Assembly (NCBI GenBank): GCA_037441705.1
Contig: JBBIRR010000040.1
Coordinates: 1-35,634, forward strand
Source: Ignavibacteriales bacterium
GTDB taxonomy: Bacteria > Bacteroidota > Ignavibacteria > UBA10030 > UBA6906
Length of the DNA stretch: 35,634 nt
Direction: 5' to 3'
Part shown: positions 19,964 to 30,900 of the stretch, piece after piece
Layout: the number at the start of each line of letters is the position of its first letter
How positions within the stretch are numbered: the first letter of the stretch is position 1
Notes under the pieces: model-generated
What the model saw: only the letters and a program-made list of their open reading frames with translations
What the model was told of the DNA's origin: nothing
The model's database searches: none
Made by a program: the position numbers and the translations under genes

Positions 19964-22900
19964 ATGAACCATCTCGTGCGATGCCTTCACGTTTCTGCGG
20001 TGCTCGTCGTTCTTTCCTGTACGGCTGTTGCACAATTGTCCGGCATCAAAACCATCGACAACACCCAGCCGACCGGAGGCAACAACTATGCGTCGTTCAT
20101 TGACGCCATTACGGCGTTGAATGCCGGAGGGGTGGGTGCAGGAGGCGTAACGTTCAACGTTGTAGCAGGTCAGACGTTTATCGGCAACCCGCCGGAAATC
20201 ACGGCTACCGGAACCTCTGCCGACCCCATTCTTTTCCAGAAAAGCGGTTCGGGCGCGAATCCGTTGATCATTCCTTCCACACCGGGCACGGTGGCTTCGT
20301 CAACGACGTTGGGCAGCCACGGCGACGGCATCGTGGTCATCAACGGGGGGGACTATATTACATTCGACGGGATTGATCTGCAGACCGACACAACGTTCAC
20401 CGGTGTTGGCATGATGGAATATGGGTACTATCTCAAGAAAGCGTCGGGCGATGATGCCTGCAAGAATGTGACGATCAGGAACTGCTCGATTACGCTCAAC
20501 AAGGCCGCTATTTATTCGTTCGGGATTTTTGTGTCGAACATTTCGGGCACATCAAGCGTTACCGTGACCTCGATCGGCGGGCGGAGTGAGAATATCAAGC
20601 TGTACAATGTTTCGACGACCAATAGCTACGGCGGCATTCAGCTTCGCGGCTATGCGGCTACCAGCCCGTATGATTTCTATGACCAGAACATCCAGGTCGG
20701 CGTTGACGGTCCCAACACCATCACGAACTACGGCGGGGCCGGAACGACCGCGTACGGCATTTACGCCATCTACCAAAACGACCTGAAGCTGGCAAACAAC
20801 ACGGTCATCAGCGGTCCGGGGACGACAACGACGCTCTACGGCATCTTCACCTCCACCGGAACAAACTCGAACGTTGATATCTACGGCAACACGGTGACCA
20901 TTACGGGAGGGGGAACGACCAGTACGATCTACGCCATCAACAATGCTATGGGAAGCTCCGGCACGACCAACGTCGTGAACATGTACAACAACACGGTGAC
21001 CGGATGCAGCTATCCCACGGCGACCAGTGGTGTCATGTATCTGCTGTACACGACGGCGACCTCCAACAAGGTGAACTTGTATGGGAACGTCGTGTCGAAC
21101 AACACGGCTCCCGGCACCGGTTCTATGTATTGCCTGTACGAGTCAGGGGACGTTGTTGACTCGGTACGGATTTACAACAACACCATCGGTGGGAATAGCA
21201 AGACCGGTACAGGAACAATCTACTGTCTGTACAGCTCGCCTGCGGCGACGGCGAACGTCGAGATCTTTGGGAACACCATCCGGGACAATACAACCGCAGG
21301 CGGATGGGTCTACTCGCTCTACAGCGGGGCCGGGTCGACGGTGAACATCTACCGTAACTCGATTTTCAATCAGAGCTCGACGGCGGGAACTTCACCCATC
21401 GTTTATGGCGTCTATATTACCTCTGGAACATCCACGCGAGTGTTCAATAATTTCATTTCCGATCTTCGTGCAACCGTCTCGACGAGTTCAAACGCCGTCT
21501 CGGGCATTTACATCAGCGGCGGCACATTTACGGGGGCGTACTACAACACGGTGTTCCTGAACGCGACGAGCACGTCGACGACGACGTTCGGTACATCCGG
21601 CATTTACGCTTCGACGACGCCTACGGTGGATCTGCGCAACAATGTGGTCGTGAATCTCTCCGAGCCGGGACCCACCGGCGGTGGAACTGTTGCCTACCGC
21701 CGTTCCAGTTCCACGCTCACGACCTACGCAGCCGAATCCAACAACAACGATTTCTATGTGAACACGGCCGCCGGTGTTCGTCGCTATTTCTACGGGGAGT
21801 TGACGGGGGCGAGTGTTGCCAATGCAGACTCGACGCTCGCCGCCTACAAGGCACGCGTCGCTCCGCGGGATGCTAATTCTATCGCTGAGAATCCGCCGTT
21901 CATCAATGCATCAACGCCACCGTACGATCTTCATATCAACACCACTTCGCCAACGCAATTGGAAAGCGGCGGAACGCCCGTCACCGCTCCCATCGCGATC
22001 ACGGAAGACTACGACGGTAATACGCGCAATGCAACAACCCCCGACATTGGCGCAGATGAGTTTGCGGGCCTTGGCGCAGATCTTACTCCACCCTCCATTG
22101 TATATACTCCTGTCGGCAATACCACAGCGGGCACGGTGCAGACTCTGACGGCAACCATCGCCGATCCGTCCGGTGTCCCGACCGCAGGCATTGGACTGCC
22201 CGTCTTGTACTGGAGACGACACACCGACACAGCTTACGTCGGTGCAACCGGGAGTTATATCGGGAATGATCAGTACACCTTCTCGTTCGGAGCGGGAACG
22301 CTTGCGGGCGATACCGTGTACTACTTCGTTGCCGCGCAGGATAGCTTCGAGAACGTTGGCGTGTTTCCTTCTATCGGGGCCGGTGGATTCAGTCCCAATC
22401 CGCCGCGGGCTTCGATTCCACCGACAAATCCCAGCAGCTATCGGGTTCTTCCGCTGTTCGCGGCAGGAACGTACACGGTAGGCTCAACGCTCGGCCAGTT
22501 TACATCTCTGCGCGCAGCGTTCGATTCGTTGAACAATTCGATCGTTGCCGGCAACGTGACCTTATCGGTTCTGAATGAAGGAACAACCGAGCCGGACATG
22601 GCGCAGCTCGCCGAGGTGAATTATGGGCCGGGCGGGCCTTTCACGATTACGATAAAACCGGCAGCGGGCGCAAATCCCACGATCGCAGGCTCCAACGGCA
22701 GATTCTTGATCAAGCTCATCGGTGCCGACAATGTTGTAATTGACGGGTCCAACACACCGGGTGGAACGACGCGCAACCTTACTCTGCGCAACAACATTCA
22801 GAGCACGAACCAGGGCGCCATCTGGGTGGGAAGTCTTGGTGCCGGACAGGGGGCGAACAACGTGACGATCAAGAACTGCATCCTGCTTGCCGGACGCAAC

Positions 22901-25222
22901 GACACAACCAACACCTTCGGCGTGTATGCGGCGCAGGCCGACACGGTGACCAGCAGCGGCACGGGCGACAATGACAACCTGGTGATCGAGAACAACGAGA
23001 TCAAGCGCGCGCGGTTCGGCGTGTATGCGCGCGGCATCGCGGCGACCGGCATCATCACGGGGCTTGCGATTCGCAACAACTTGATGGGCAGCGATAGCGC
23101 CGGATTCGAAATCAGCTATCGAGGCGTGGATATCGGCAATGCCGACAGCGCCGTGGTAACCGGCAACGAGATCTTCAACATGGTACAGCCGATGACTTTC
23201 ACCATGGCGGCAATTCATCTGGACCTCAACGTTGCCAATGCCGTCATCAGCAAGAACAAGATCTACCGCATGCGCCAGACGAACACAGGCACCTACGGCG
23301 CAATCGGAATCGAGATCGGTTCCTCGACGGGTTCCAGCAACGTGACGATTGCCAACAACATGATCTCCGATCTCACGTGTGATGGAGGAGGAACCAGTAC
23401 GGCTTCCAATCCATACGGTATCCGCATTGTCGGCGGAACAAACCACAAGGTCTATTACAACAGCGTGAGCATGACCGGTTCGTTCCTGAACACGACAACG
23501 TCGGATATCAGTGCTGCATTCATCGTCACCGTGAGCACGGCAACGGGGCTGGATGTTCGGAACAATATCTTCTCCAATACAATGACCGGGGGAACCGGGA
23601 CAAAATGCTACGGTATCTATGCCGTTAGCGCGAGCCTCGTGTTTGGAACGATCAATCACAACAACTACTTTGCATCCGGGCCCAACGGCGTTCTCGGCCG
23701 TCAAGGCTCGACGGATGTGCCCGACCTTGCCGGATGGAGAGCCTTCACAGGTCAGGACAGCAACAGCGTGAGCGGCGATCCGTTCTTCCTGAATCCTGCA
23801 ACGAATCTTCATATTGATTCAACGCAAACGCCACTTGTGGTCAGCAATGCGGGAACGCCCATCGCCGGCATCACCACGGATATCGACGGACAGACGCGCA
23901 GTGCGACGACTCCCGATATCGGCGCCGATGAATTTGCCGTGTTCGTGCCGCCGCCGCCCGCCGAGGCGATTGCCGATCATCTGACCTCGACAATGCGCGT
24001 GACGGTGAGTAACGAAGGCAACATCGGGTACATCAACGCCTTTCCTCCGACGGGGCAGGGGAACGGTTTCATGTTCAACCCCGTCAGCGCGGCAGGGCAG
24101 CGATTGTTCGAAGGCTCGTTGATCATTGCTCTGGATTCCGTTCGGGTGTCGGATGCTGCGCGCAACAACCAATCGCCCGAACAATTCGATGCGGACTTCC
24201 GCTTCCGGGCCAATCTGGATTCATCCCAGTCCTCGGGCAACCGAAAGGTCATCGTCACATCCTATGACGACTCGCTCGCCGAGCAGCCCTTCGGCGTTTT
24301 GGTCACGCAGCGAACGGTCTCCTTCGACACCGCAGGCTTGAGCAGCATTCTGTTGGTTGAGTTGGATCTGACCAACAACAGCGCAAGCACATACACCGAC
24401 CTTGTCGTGGGTGCGTACTTTGACTGGGATGTTACGTCGGCTGCCACCGATCGCGGGACGGTGATTGTTGATTCGACCAACACCATTCCCGGCATCAACA
24501 ACGGCAATCCGTTCCCCATAGATATGATGGAGATGCATGCAGGCACCTCGCCCAACGCGTGGGTCGGTGTCGTTCCTTTGAGCCGGAACAGATTCCTGGC
24601 TCGCCGCATTGCCATCCAGTCGTCGGAAATCTATCCCCCGCACATGACGGACGCGGACAAGTGGCGGTATGTCAATCAGAATCGTGCGACCAATCCGAAT
24701 GGAGATGCCGGTTCTGCCGTCGATCACGGCCAGATCTTTGGTCTTGGACCGTACACGATTCCGCCCTCCGGTAGCAGGCGTGTGGGCTTTGCGCTTGTGG
24801 CAGGCGCGTCGCTGCAGGAATTCATCAACAACGCTCGAGCGGCACAGCGGGCCTGGGTACAGCGCTTAGGAAACACGATGGACACCATTATTGTGGTGGG
24901 TGTGAATGAGCGTGCCGAACTTCCACAGACGTTCGACCTGCAGCAGAACTACCCCAACCCGTTCAATCCGACGACGACCATTCGGTACGCCTTGCCGCGC
25001 GAGGCACGCGTGAGTCTGCAGGTATTTAATATCCTCGGACAGCAGGTTGCCGAACTCGTGAAGGATGTGCAAGGCGCCGGCTATTATGACGTTGTCTGGA
25101 ACGGACGGAACCGCGACGGTTTGCAGGTCGCGACCGGCGTGTACTTCTATCGGCTGGAAGCTCATCCCTCAGACGGGGGCGCGCCCTTCGTGAGCGTCAA
25201 GAGGATGATCCTCATGAAATAA
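19964..25222 (+). CDS. Large secreted protein (~1750 aa) with two parallel beta-helix modules and FlgD-like/T9SS-type CTD
   Basis: ATG follows AAGGAG; signal peptide; many 'I-x-N-N-x-I' and 'YGIY' repeats; two TPDIGADEF module ends; QNYPNPFNP...WNGRN...ATGVYFYRL. Confidence 0.85.
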   Translation: MNHLVRCLHVSAVLVVLSCTAVAQLSGIKTIDNTQPTGGNNYASFIDAITALNAGGVGAGGVTFNVVAGQTFIGNPPEITATGTSADPILFQKSGSGANPLIIPSTPGTVASSTTLGSHGDGIVVINGGDYITFDGIDLQTDTTFTGVGMMEYGYYLKKASGDDACKNVTIRNCSITLNKAAIYSFGIFVSNISGTSSVTVTSIGGRSENIKLYNVSTTNSYGGIQLRGYAATSPYDFYDQNIQVGVDGPNTITNYGGAGTTAYGIYAIYQNDLKLANNTVISGPGTTTTLYGIFTSTGTNSNVDIYGNTVTITGGGTTSTIYAINNAMGSSGTTNVVNMYNNTVTGCSYPTATSGVMYLLYTTATSNKVNLYGNVVSNNTAPGTGSMYCLYESGDVVDSVRIYNNTIGGNSKTGTGTIYCLYSSPAATANVEIFGNTIRDNTTAGGWVYSLYSGAGSTVNIYRNSIFNQSSTAGTSPIVYGVYITSGTSTRVFNNFISDLRATVSTSSNAVSGIYISGGTFTGAYYNTVFLNATSTSTTTFGTSGIYASTTPTVDLRNNVVVNLSEPGPTGGGTVAYRRSSSTLTTYAAESNNNDFYVNTAAGVRRYFYGELTGASVANADSTLAAYKARVAPRDANSIAENPPFINASTPPYDLHINTTSPTQLESGGTPVTAPIAITEDYDGNTRNATTPDIGADEFAGLGADLTPPSIVYTPVGNTTAGTVQTLTATIADPSGVPTAGIGLPVLYWRRHTDTAYVGATGSYIGNDQYTFSFGAGTLAGDTVYYFVAAQDSFENVGVFPSIGAGGFSPNPPRASIPPTNPSSYRVLPLFAAGTYTVGSTLGQFTSLRAAFDSLNNSIVAGNVTLSVLNEGTTEPDMAQLAEVNYGPGGPFTITIKPAAGANPTIAGSNGRFLIKLIGADNVVIDGSNTPGGTTRNLTLRNNIQSTNQGAIWVGSLGAGQGANNVTIKNCILLAGRNDTTNTFGVYAAQADTVTSSGTGDNDNLVIENNEIKRARFGVYARGIAATGIITGLAIRNNLMGSDSAGFEISYRGVDIGNADSAVVTGNEIFNMVQPMTFTMAAIHLDLNVANAVISKNKIYRMRQTNTGTYGAIGIEIGSSTGSSNVTIANNMISDLTCDGGGTSTASNPYGIRIVGGTNHKVYYNSVSMTGSFLNTTTSDISAAFIVTVSTATGLDVRNNIFSNTMTGGTGTKCYGIYAVSASLVFGTINHNNYFASGPNGVLGRQGSTDVPDLAGWRAFTGQDSNSVSGDPFFLNPATNLHIDSTQTPLVVSNAGTPIAGITTDIDGQTRSATTPDIGADEFAVFVPPPPAEAIADHLTSTMRVTVSNEGNIGYINAFPPTGQGNGFMFNPVSAAGQRLFEGSLIIALDSVRVSDAARNNQSPEQFDADFRFRANLDSSQSSGNRKVIVTSYDDSLAEQPFGVLVTQRTVSFDTAGLSSILLVELDLTNNSASTYTDLVVGAYFDWDVTSAATDRGTVIVDSTNTIPGINNGNPFPIDMMEMHAGTSPNAWVGVVPLSRNRFLARRIAIQSSEIYPPHMTDADKWRYVNQNRATNPNGDAGSAVDHGQIFGLGPYTIPPSGSRRVGFALVAGASLQEFINNARAAQRAWVQRLGNTMDTIIVVGVNERAELPQTFDLQQNYPNPFNPTTTIRYALPREARVSLQVFNILGQQVAELVKDVQGAGYYDVVWNGRNRDGLQVATGVYFYRLEAHPSDGGAPFVSVKRMILMK

Positions 25223-25255
25223 CCGTCTCGACGCTGAAGCGTACGACGACCCTTC

Positions 25256-25297
25256 GGAACGCAGAGTGGCCACGTGCTTCTCTGCGTTCCTTTTTTT
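25256..25297 (+). terminator. Intrinsic terminator
   Basis: 11 bp stem GGAACGCAGAG/CTCTGCGTTCC followed by T7. Confidence 0.9.
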
Positions 25298-25322
25298 GTC
25301 CCTCCAGTTCACGACCCTCTCA

Positions 25323-25351
25323 TTGATTCTCAATTCAGTCATGTGTAGATT
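25323..25351 (+). promoter_or_regulatory. Putative sigma70 promoter
   Basis: TTGATT-17 bp-TAGATT with TGTG just before the -10, directly after the terminator. Confidence 0.55.
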
Positions 25352-25408
25352 GAAGAAGACTCGACAATCATTCACATGCTCTGACTCAAACCCGGTGGAC
25401 TCTCACCA

Positions 25409-26698
25409 ATGAAAAAGTACGTGTTTCTCTTCGTCGCTCTCGTTCAATTTTCTTTTCGTCTCGACGCGCAGAACCACTGGAGGGTGCTGCCGCCGCCGAC
25501 CGACAAAACACTGTACCGGCTCTTCTTTCTTGACAGTCTTCGTGGCTGGGTGGCAGGATTCGACGGCACCATCCTGCGAACAACGAACGGCGGACTGACG
25601 TGGCAAACGCAAAACTCCGGCGTCACCAATGACCTTCACGAAATCTTCATGCTGAACGACCGGTTCGGTTGGGCACTGACATTCGAGCATTTTGTTGATA
25701 CGGCTACGTGGTACGGAACGAGAATTCTCAAGACAACGAACGGGGGCGAGACATGGGCGAACGAAGAGTATCACAAGTCCGGCGAGTTTTTCAACGCAGT
25801 CTTTTTCATGGATTCCTTACGCGGATGGATGGCAGGCGAGTTTGGCCACCTGGTGCGCACCTCGAATGGCGGCGCAACATGGGTTCCCGTCGAGGTTGAT
25901 CCCTCGCCCTACACGCAGTGGAGCCTGGTGAACGTGAAGTTCTTTACGCCGTGGTACGGTTTCGCAATGGGCGGAAGGATCGACATCATCGGCGTGGTGT
26001 GGCGAACAACCGATGGCGGGTTGCGGTGGAAAGCAAGCCAGGTCAGTCCCGAACCGGCGCATGACATGCACATGCTCGACTCGCTGCACCTCGTCGCCAT
26101 TGTGGGAGATGTGGACTACGGCGCGAGCATGATACGTACGCGCAACGGCGGAGAGACGTGGGACTACACGTTTCTTAACATCTTCGGCCTTCCGCAGGCA
26201 ATTTCTTTTCGGACACCGAGTGAAGCATGGGCGCCGCTCGGTTTCGAGGGCAGATTGATGTACACGCTGGATACCGCCAACACCTGGACGACCCTTGACA
26301 CGCCGTTCCGGCGGCCGGTGTACGATCTCGTCTTTACCGACTCACTTACCGGCTACGCGGTGGGCGATTCGGGGATGGTTCTCAAATTCAAACTGCCGAC
26401 CGTCAATGTCGAAGAGCAGACGTTATTCCCACCCGCACGATTCGTTCTCCATCAAAACTATCCCAACCCTTTCAATCCGACAACAACCATCTCGTTCGAT
26501 GTGCCGGAAGAGAGTGTCGTCACGATCGCAGTGTTTGACGTTCTTGGACGAGAAGTGCGGACGCTTCTCCATCAGCACAAAGAGCCGGGACGGCACTACG
26601 TGAACTTTGACGGCAGGGGATTGGCAAGCGGCGTCTATTTCTACAGCCTCAAGGCGGGGCGATTCGCCGCTGTCAGGAAGATGGTGCTGATGGAGTAG
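25409..26698 (+). CDS. Secreted YCF48-related beta-propeller protein with T9SS-type CTD
   Basis: Signal peptide, about 6 Asp-box repeats (RTTNGGLTW, KTTNGGETW...), and QNYPNPFNP...ASGVYFY...RKMVLME. Confidence 0.88.
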   Translation: MKKYVFLFVALVQFSFRLDAQNHWRVLPPPTDKTLYRLFFLDSLRGWVAGFDGTILRTTNGGLTWQTQNSGVTNDLHEIFMLNDRFGWALTFEHFVDTATWYGTRILKTTNGGETWANEEYHKSGEFFNAVFFMDSLRGWMAGEFGHLVRTSNGGATWVPVEVDPSPYTQWSLVNVKFFTPWYGFAMGGRIDIIGVVWRTTDGGLRWKASQVSPEPAHDMHMLDSLHLVAIVGDVDYGASMIRTRNGGETWDYTFLNIFGLPQAISFRTPSEAWAPLGFEGRLMYTLDTANTWTTLDTPFRRPVYDLVFTDSLTGYAVGDSGMVLKFKLPTVNVEEQTLFPPARFVLHQNYPNPFNPTTTISFDVPEESVVTIAVFDVLGREVRTLLHQHKEPGRHYVNFDGRGLASGVYFYSLKAGRFAAVRKMVLME

Positions 26699-26720
26699 AG
26701 GCCGGCAGCGTCATTCTTTC

Positions 26721-27362
26721 TCACAACAATTTCTCCTTCAGCGCCTTTGCCACTGCTTCGCTGCGGGAGTGCACCTGAAGCTTTGAGTAAATGTTCTTCG
26801 AGTGGGTCTCGATGGTGGCAGGGGCGAGAAAGAGCTTCTCGGCAATCTGTTTTTTCGTCAGCCCTTCGGTCAACAGTTTGAGGATTGTGCGTTCACGCGC
26901 GCTGAGACCATAGTCGCTTTCGGGCGTGACGAATTTGGAGAACATCGTCAGCACCTTGCGGGCGATCTGCGCATTCATCGGCGCGCCGCCGCGGAGCACT
27001 TCGTTCACCGCCTGAATGATCTCTTCTTGGGTCAGACTCTTCAGCAGGTAGCCGTCTGCGCCGGCGCAAATTGCGTTGAACACTTCCTGATCTCCTTCCT
27101 TGATCGTCAGGATGATCACATCTGTTGCAGGCGAGATGGATTTGACCTGCCTCGTGGCTTCGATGCCGTCCATGCCCGGCAGGCCGATGTCCATGAGAAC
27201 AACCTCGGGGATGTCCCCGTTTCGCAGGATGCGTACCGCTTCCTCTGCCGTGCCAAAGACTCCTGTGCAGGAAAATCCGGGCGTCTCGTTCAGCATCGTT
27301 GCAAGCGTGCTTCGAAAGAAATTGTCGTCGTCCACGACCCACAGGGTAATCGTCTCAGTCAT
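26721..27362 (-). CDS. NarL/LuxR family response regulator
   Basis: Receiver motifs VVDDD, LMDIGLPGMDG and GYLLK; LuxR HTH LSARERTIL...IAEKLFLAPATIETHSKNIYSKL. Confidence 0.96.
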   Translation of the reverse strand: MTETITLWVVDDDNFFRSTLATMLNETPGFSCTGVFGTAEEAVRILRNGDIPEVVLMDIGLPGMDGIEATRQVKSISPATDVIILTIKEGDQEVFNAICAGADGYLLKSLTQEEIIQAVNEVLRGGAPMNAQIARKVLTMFSKFVTPESDYGLSARERTILKLLTEGLTKKQIAEKLFLAPATIETHSKNIYSKLQVHSRSEAVAKALKEKLL

Positions 27363-27393
27363 GTTCTTCGTGTTTCTCGTTTCGACTGGTGGT

Positions 27394-27909
27394 TCATTCC
27401 TCACCGCATTCATCCAATCCAAACTGGACAATGATCTCATCGCCCCCTTCGGTCATGCGCAGCAGTTCGACCCATCGAATGGGCGGTGTGCCCTCGACGC
27501 CTGGCGGGCAGCCGCGGTTCTCCGGTGTTCCGGGGACTTCCATACACCAATCCTCACAATCCGGAACGCCATCGCCGTCCATGTCTCCGGCCGAAGCCGG
27601 GGCGGTTGCTCGCTGCGCCGGCGGAGCTGCCGTGTCACTCCGTGAGGAAACCACCGCCCACCTGAATTTCTTCAATCCCTCCGGCGGCTCCACGGTGATC
27701 TCTCCGTCGCGGGAGCTGACCGTGAACGTCCCGATGCCCTTGATGGTGGTTTGAGCGGTTGTGTCACGCCAGACTTTGCCCGAAGCAATCGGCAAACTCA
27801 CTGACGTTCGGCCCGGACTCTCCGTGCGCTGCTTGCGCGCGCATCCGGCAACAAAGACAGTGAGCATGCATATTCCGAGCAGCGCAAATACCGACGAACG
27901 GACGTTCAT
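27394..27909 (-). CDS. Putative lipoprotein with one thrombospondin type 3-like (Ca-binding) motif
   Basis: ATG follows GGAG. Signal peptide with VAGC lipobox; DMDGDGVPDCEDWCMEVPGTPENRGCP. Fills the gap between kinase and regulator. Confidence 0.7.
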   Translation of the reverse strand: MNVRSSVFALLGICMLTVFVAGCARKQRTESPGRTSVSLPIASGKVWRDTTAQTTIKGIGTFTVSSRDGEITVEPPEGLKKFRWAVVSSRSDTAAPPAQRATAPASAGDMDGDGVPDCEDWCMEVPGTPENRGCPPGVEGTPPIRWVELLRMTEGGDEIIVQFGLDECGEE

Positions 27910-27979
27910 ATTATTCTCCGGAAATGATTTGTGCTCTGCCGAGAGTATACGAAGAGGAAACGAGAAGCGCATGCCGCGT

Positions 27980-30900
27980 TCAGGGTATTTTTACAAGGAG
28001 TTCGACCGAAGTTCCTTTCCCGGGGCTACTGGTGATCGCCAGCGATCCGCCGATTTTTGCCGCGCGGGTGTGCAGGTTGTTCAACCCATTTCCGCGCGTG
28101 ACGGTGGCTTCATCAAACCCTCTTCCATTATCCTGAACGCACAACTGGAACTGTCCGTCGGACGTTCTGACGCGAATCTGCACGTTCGTTGCCTGCGCAT
28201 GTTTGGTGATGTTGTTCAGGATTTCTTTGTAGATGAGGATGATGTTCCGGCGAAGGTCCATGTCGAGTGTGCCGGCAAGGTTCTGCTCGTCGGCATCGAA
28301 TGTGTGATGGATGTTGGCAAGGAGTTTGGCCGCGGCATCCTTCATCCGCAGCAGCAGATCTTCGAGCTTTTCATGCTCGGGGTTGATCAGCCAGACGATG
28401 TCCTTCAACGCATCAGCCGCTGAGCGCGTTACGGCAGTTGCCGACGCAAGCCGATCCCGCTCGGGCGAGTCGGGCGGAAGCTTGCGGCCTACCATGTCGG
28501 TCATCAGCGCAATCGCACTGAGACTGCTGCCTATATCGTCGTGCAGGTCGCTCGCAATCCGGACACGGAGACGTTCGATCCGCAGGAGGTGAGCCACACG
28601 AACGTTGTAGATGATGGCCAGGATAGCCACCAGCACGGCAATCATCAGGGCAATAAACCACCATGTTCGCCAGAACGGCGGCTTGATGGTGATACGAAGC
28701 CGAACTCCCTCCGTATTCCACACGCCGTTGTTGTTGGCGCCCGACGCGGTGAAGACGTACGTTCCATCGTCGAGGTTCGTAAAATTGGCGAAAGGCTCCG
28801 TCCCTGAAGAAACCCACCGGGGATCGCCCTCCTTGGTCATCCGATAGGCGTACTGATTTCTGTCGGGATTGGTGAAGTCGAGGACAGCGAACGCGATGGA
28901 AAAGAAGTTCTGGTTCCAGGCCAGCGACGGAATCTCATGCGTGAATGCCATGGCTTGCGGTAGGGAATAGGGCGTATTGTACACCGTGAACTCTGTCAGG
29001 ACAATCGCTGGAGCCGTCGTGTTCTCAACGAGACTGTCGGGATGGAACAGATCAACTCCCTCCGAGCCTCCAACGAGGATATGACCCGTCAAAGAAACAA
29101 CGCAGGCATCGGTGAAGCCGTAGTTGATGAAGCCATCGTGATAATCAAAGTTGACGATCCCGGTGCGGTCGGCCGAGAGGCGCGAGATGCCTCGTGCGGT
29201 GATGAGCCACAGGTTGCCTTTTCCATCTTCAAGTATTCCCTTGATGTAGTCCGAAGCGAGTCCATCACGGACGAAGTAGCGCTTGAACACGCCGGTTGCC
29301 GGATCGTATCGGTTCAATCCATTGGCCGTTCCCACCCACACGAAACCATGCCGATCTTCGTGGACGGCGTACACCAGATCGTCGCTCAGACTGGTTGTGT
29401 CGAGGGCCCGCGCGCGAAAGTGCGTGAAAGTTCGCGTGCCGGGGTCAAACTTGTTCAAGCCTCCTCCTTCGGTACCAACCCAGAGTGACCCATCCCGGCT
29501 CTGACGTACGACGGTAACCCGGTTGTGACTCAGCGATTGGGGGACAGCGGGATTTGGAAGATAACGAACAAGCACATCCGTTCGCGGGTCGTACATGTTC
29601 AGTCCCCGCCCCATTGTTCCAATCCAGATCAGTCCGTTGCGATCTTCGATCAGCTCATCAATCGCGACACCCAACAGACGGCGCTGGTTGGAGGGGATGG
29701 CGGAGAATGGAACGAAGCGCTTTGTCCGCGCATCGAACTTCAGCAGACCGTCACCACTTGTTCCTACCCAGAGCACGCCAAACCTGTCAGTGATGAGTGC
29801 GGAGATATCGCTGCTTGCCAGACCGTGTTCTGTCGCCCGATCGTACTGCTGGAAGAGACCGCGTTGTGCTTCGTAGCTGCACAGCCCGCCCGTATATGTT
29901 CCGATCCAGAACGTGCCGGCGGAATCCTGCGCGAGGGAGTACACGCCGCCTCTCGGGAGGCTGTTCGGATTGCCGGGGGAGTGCCTCCAGTGGCGAACGT
30001 TCTTCCGTTCGGTATCAATTCTGTTCGCTCCGCCCTGCAGCGTCCCGATCCATAATGTGCCGGATCGGTCGGTGAACATGCAGGTAATGTTGTTGTCGCT
30101 GATGCTTGCAGCGTCAAGCGGCGCATTGATGAATGTCGTGAATGACTGTCGCGCTTCGTCGTAGCGATTGAGGCCGCCGCCGTCGGTCCCGATCCAGAGC
30201 GAGGTGTCCGTCCGAGTGTAATGCGCGCCGATTGCATAGATGACGGTGTTGCTGAGAGCCGTGCCGAAGCGCGTGAAGTTGCCGGAGGAGCGATCGAGAA
30301 CGTTCAATCCATTCTTGGTCCCCACCCAAAGCCGGCCGCGGTGATCTTCAAGAACCGTGACGACGATGTTGTTGCTCAGCGAACGAGGATTCTTCGGGTC
30401 GTGAGCATAGCGGGTAAACGTCTGCCGCGATGGTTCGTACGCGCACAAGCCCGAAGCAGTGCCGACCCACATCGTTCCCGCGTGATCCCGAAGGATGCAG
30501 AAGATGACATTATCGGCGATGCTTCCGGGGTCTAATGAGTCGTGCGTGAAATGGTGGAAGGCATTCGTCGAAAGATCGAGCATCCCCAGGCCTGCGCCGA
30601 ATGTGCCGATCCAGAGTGTGGTGCCGTCAACGAAGAGTGCCTTGATCGGCACGTCGTTCAACGCGGCAGGAATCGCCGCGGCATGCACCATGCGTGTGAT
30701 TCTCTCCGTCTTCAAATCGAGCTTGTTCAGCCCGCCGCTGTACGTTCCGATCCAGAGGTTTGCCTCGCCGTCTTCGAAGAGCGACCAGATGGAGTTGCTG
30801 GCAAGACTTGTCGTGTCGGCAGGAATGTTCTTGAAGAGCTTGAACGAACGCCCGTCGTAGCGGCACAGGCCGGCGTCCGTTCCGAACCACATGAAGCCCT

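Noticed and set aside
11772-26698. Similar CTD-coding segments as a possible diversity-generating retroelement or recombination cassettes
   Set aside because: Similarity is at protein level with divergent codons. There is no adenine-specific TR/VR pair, reverse transcriptase or recombinase.
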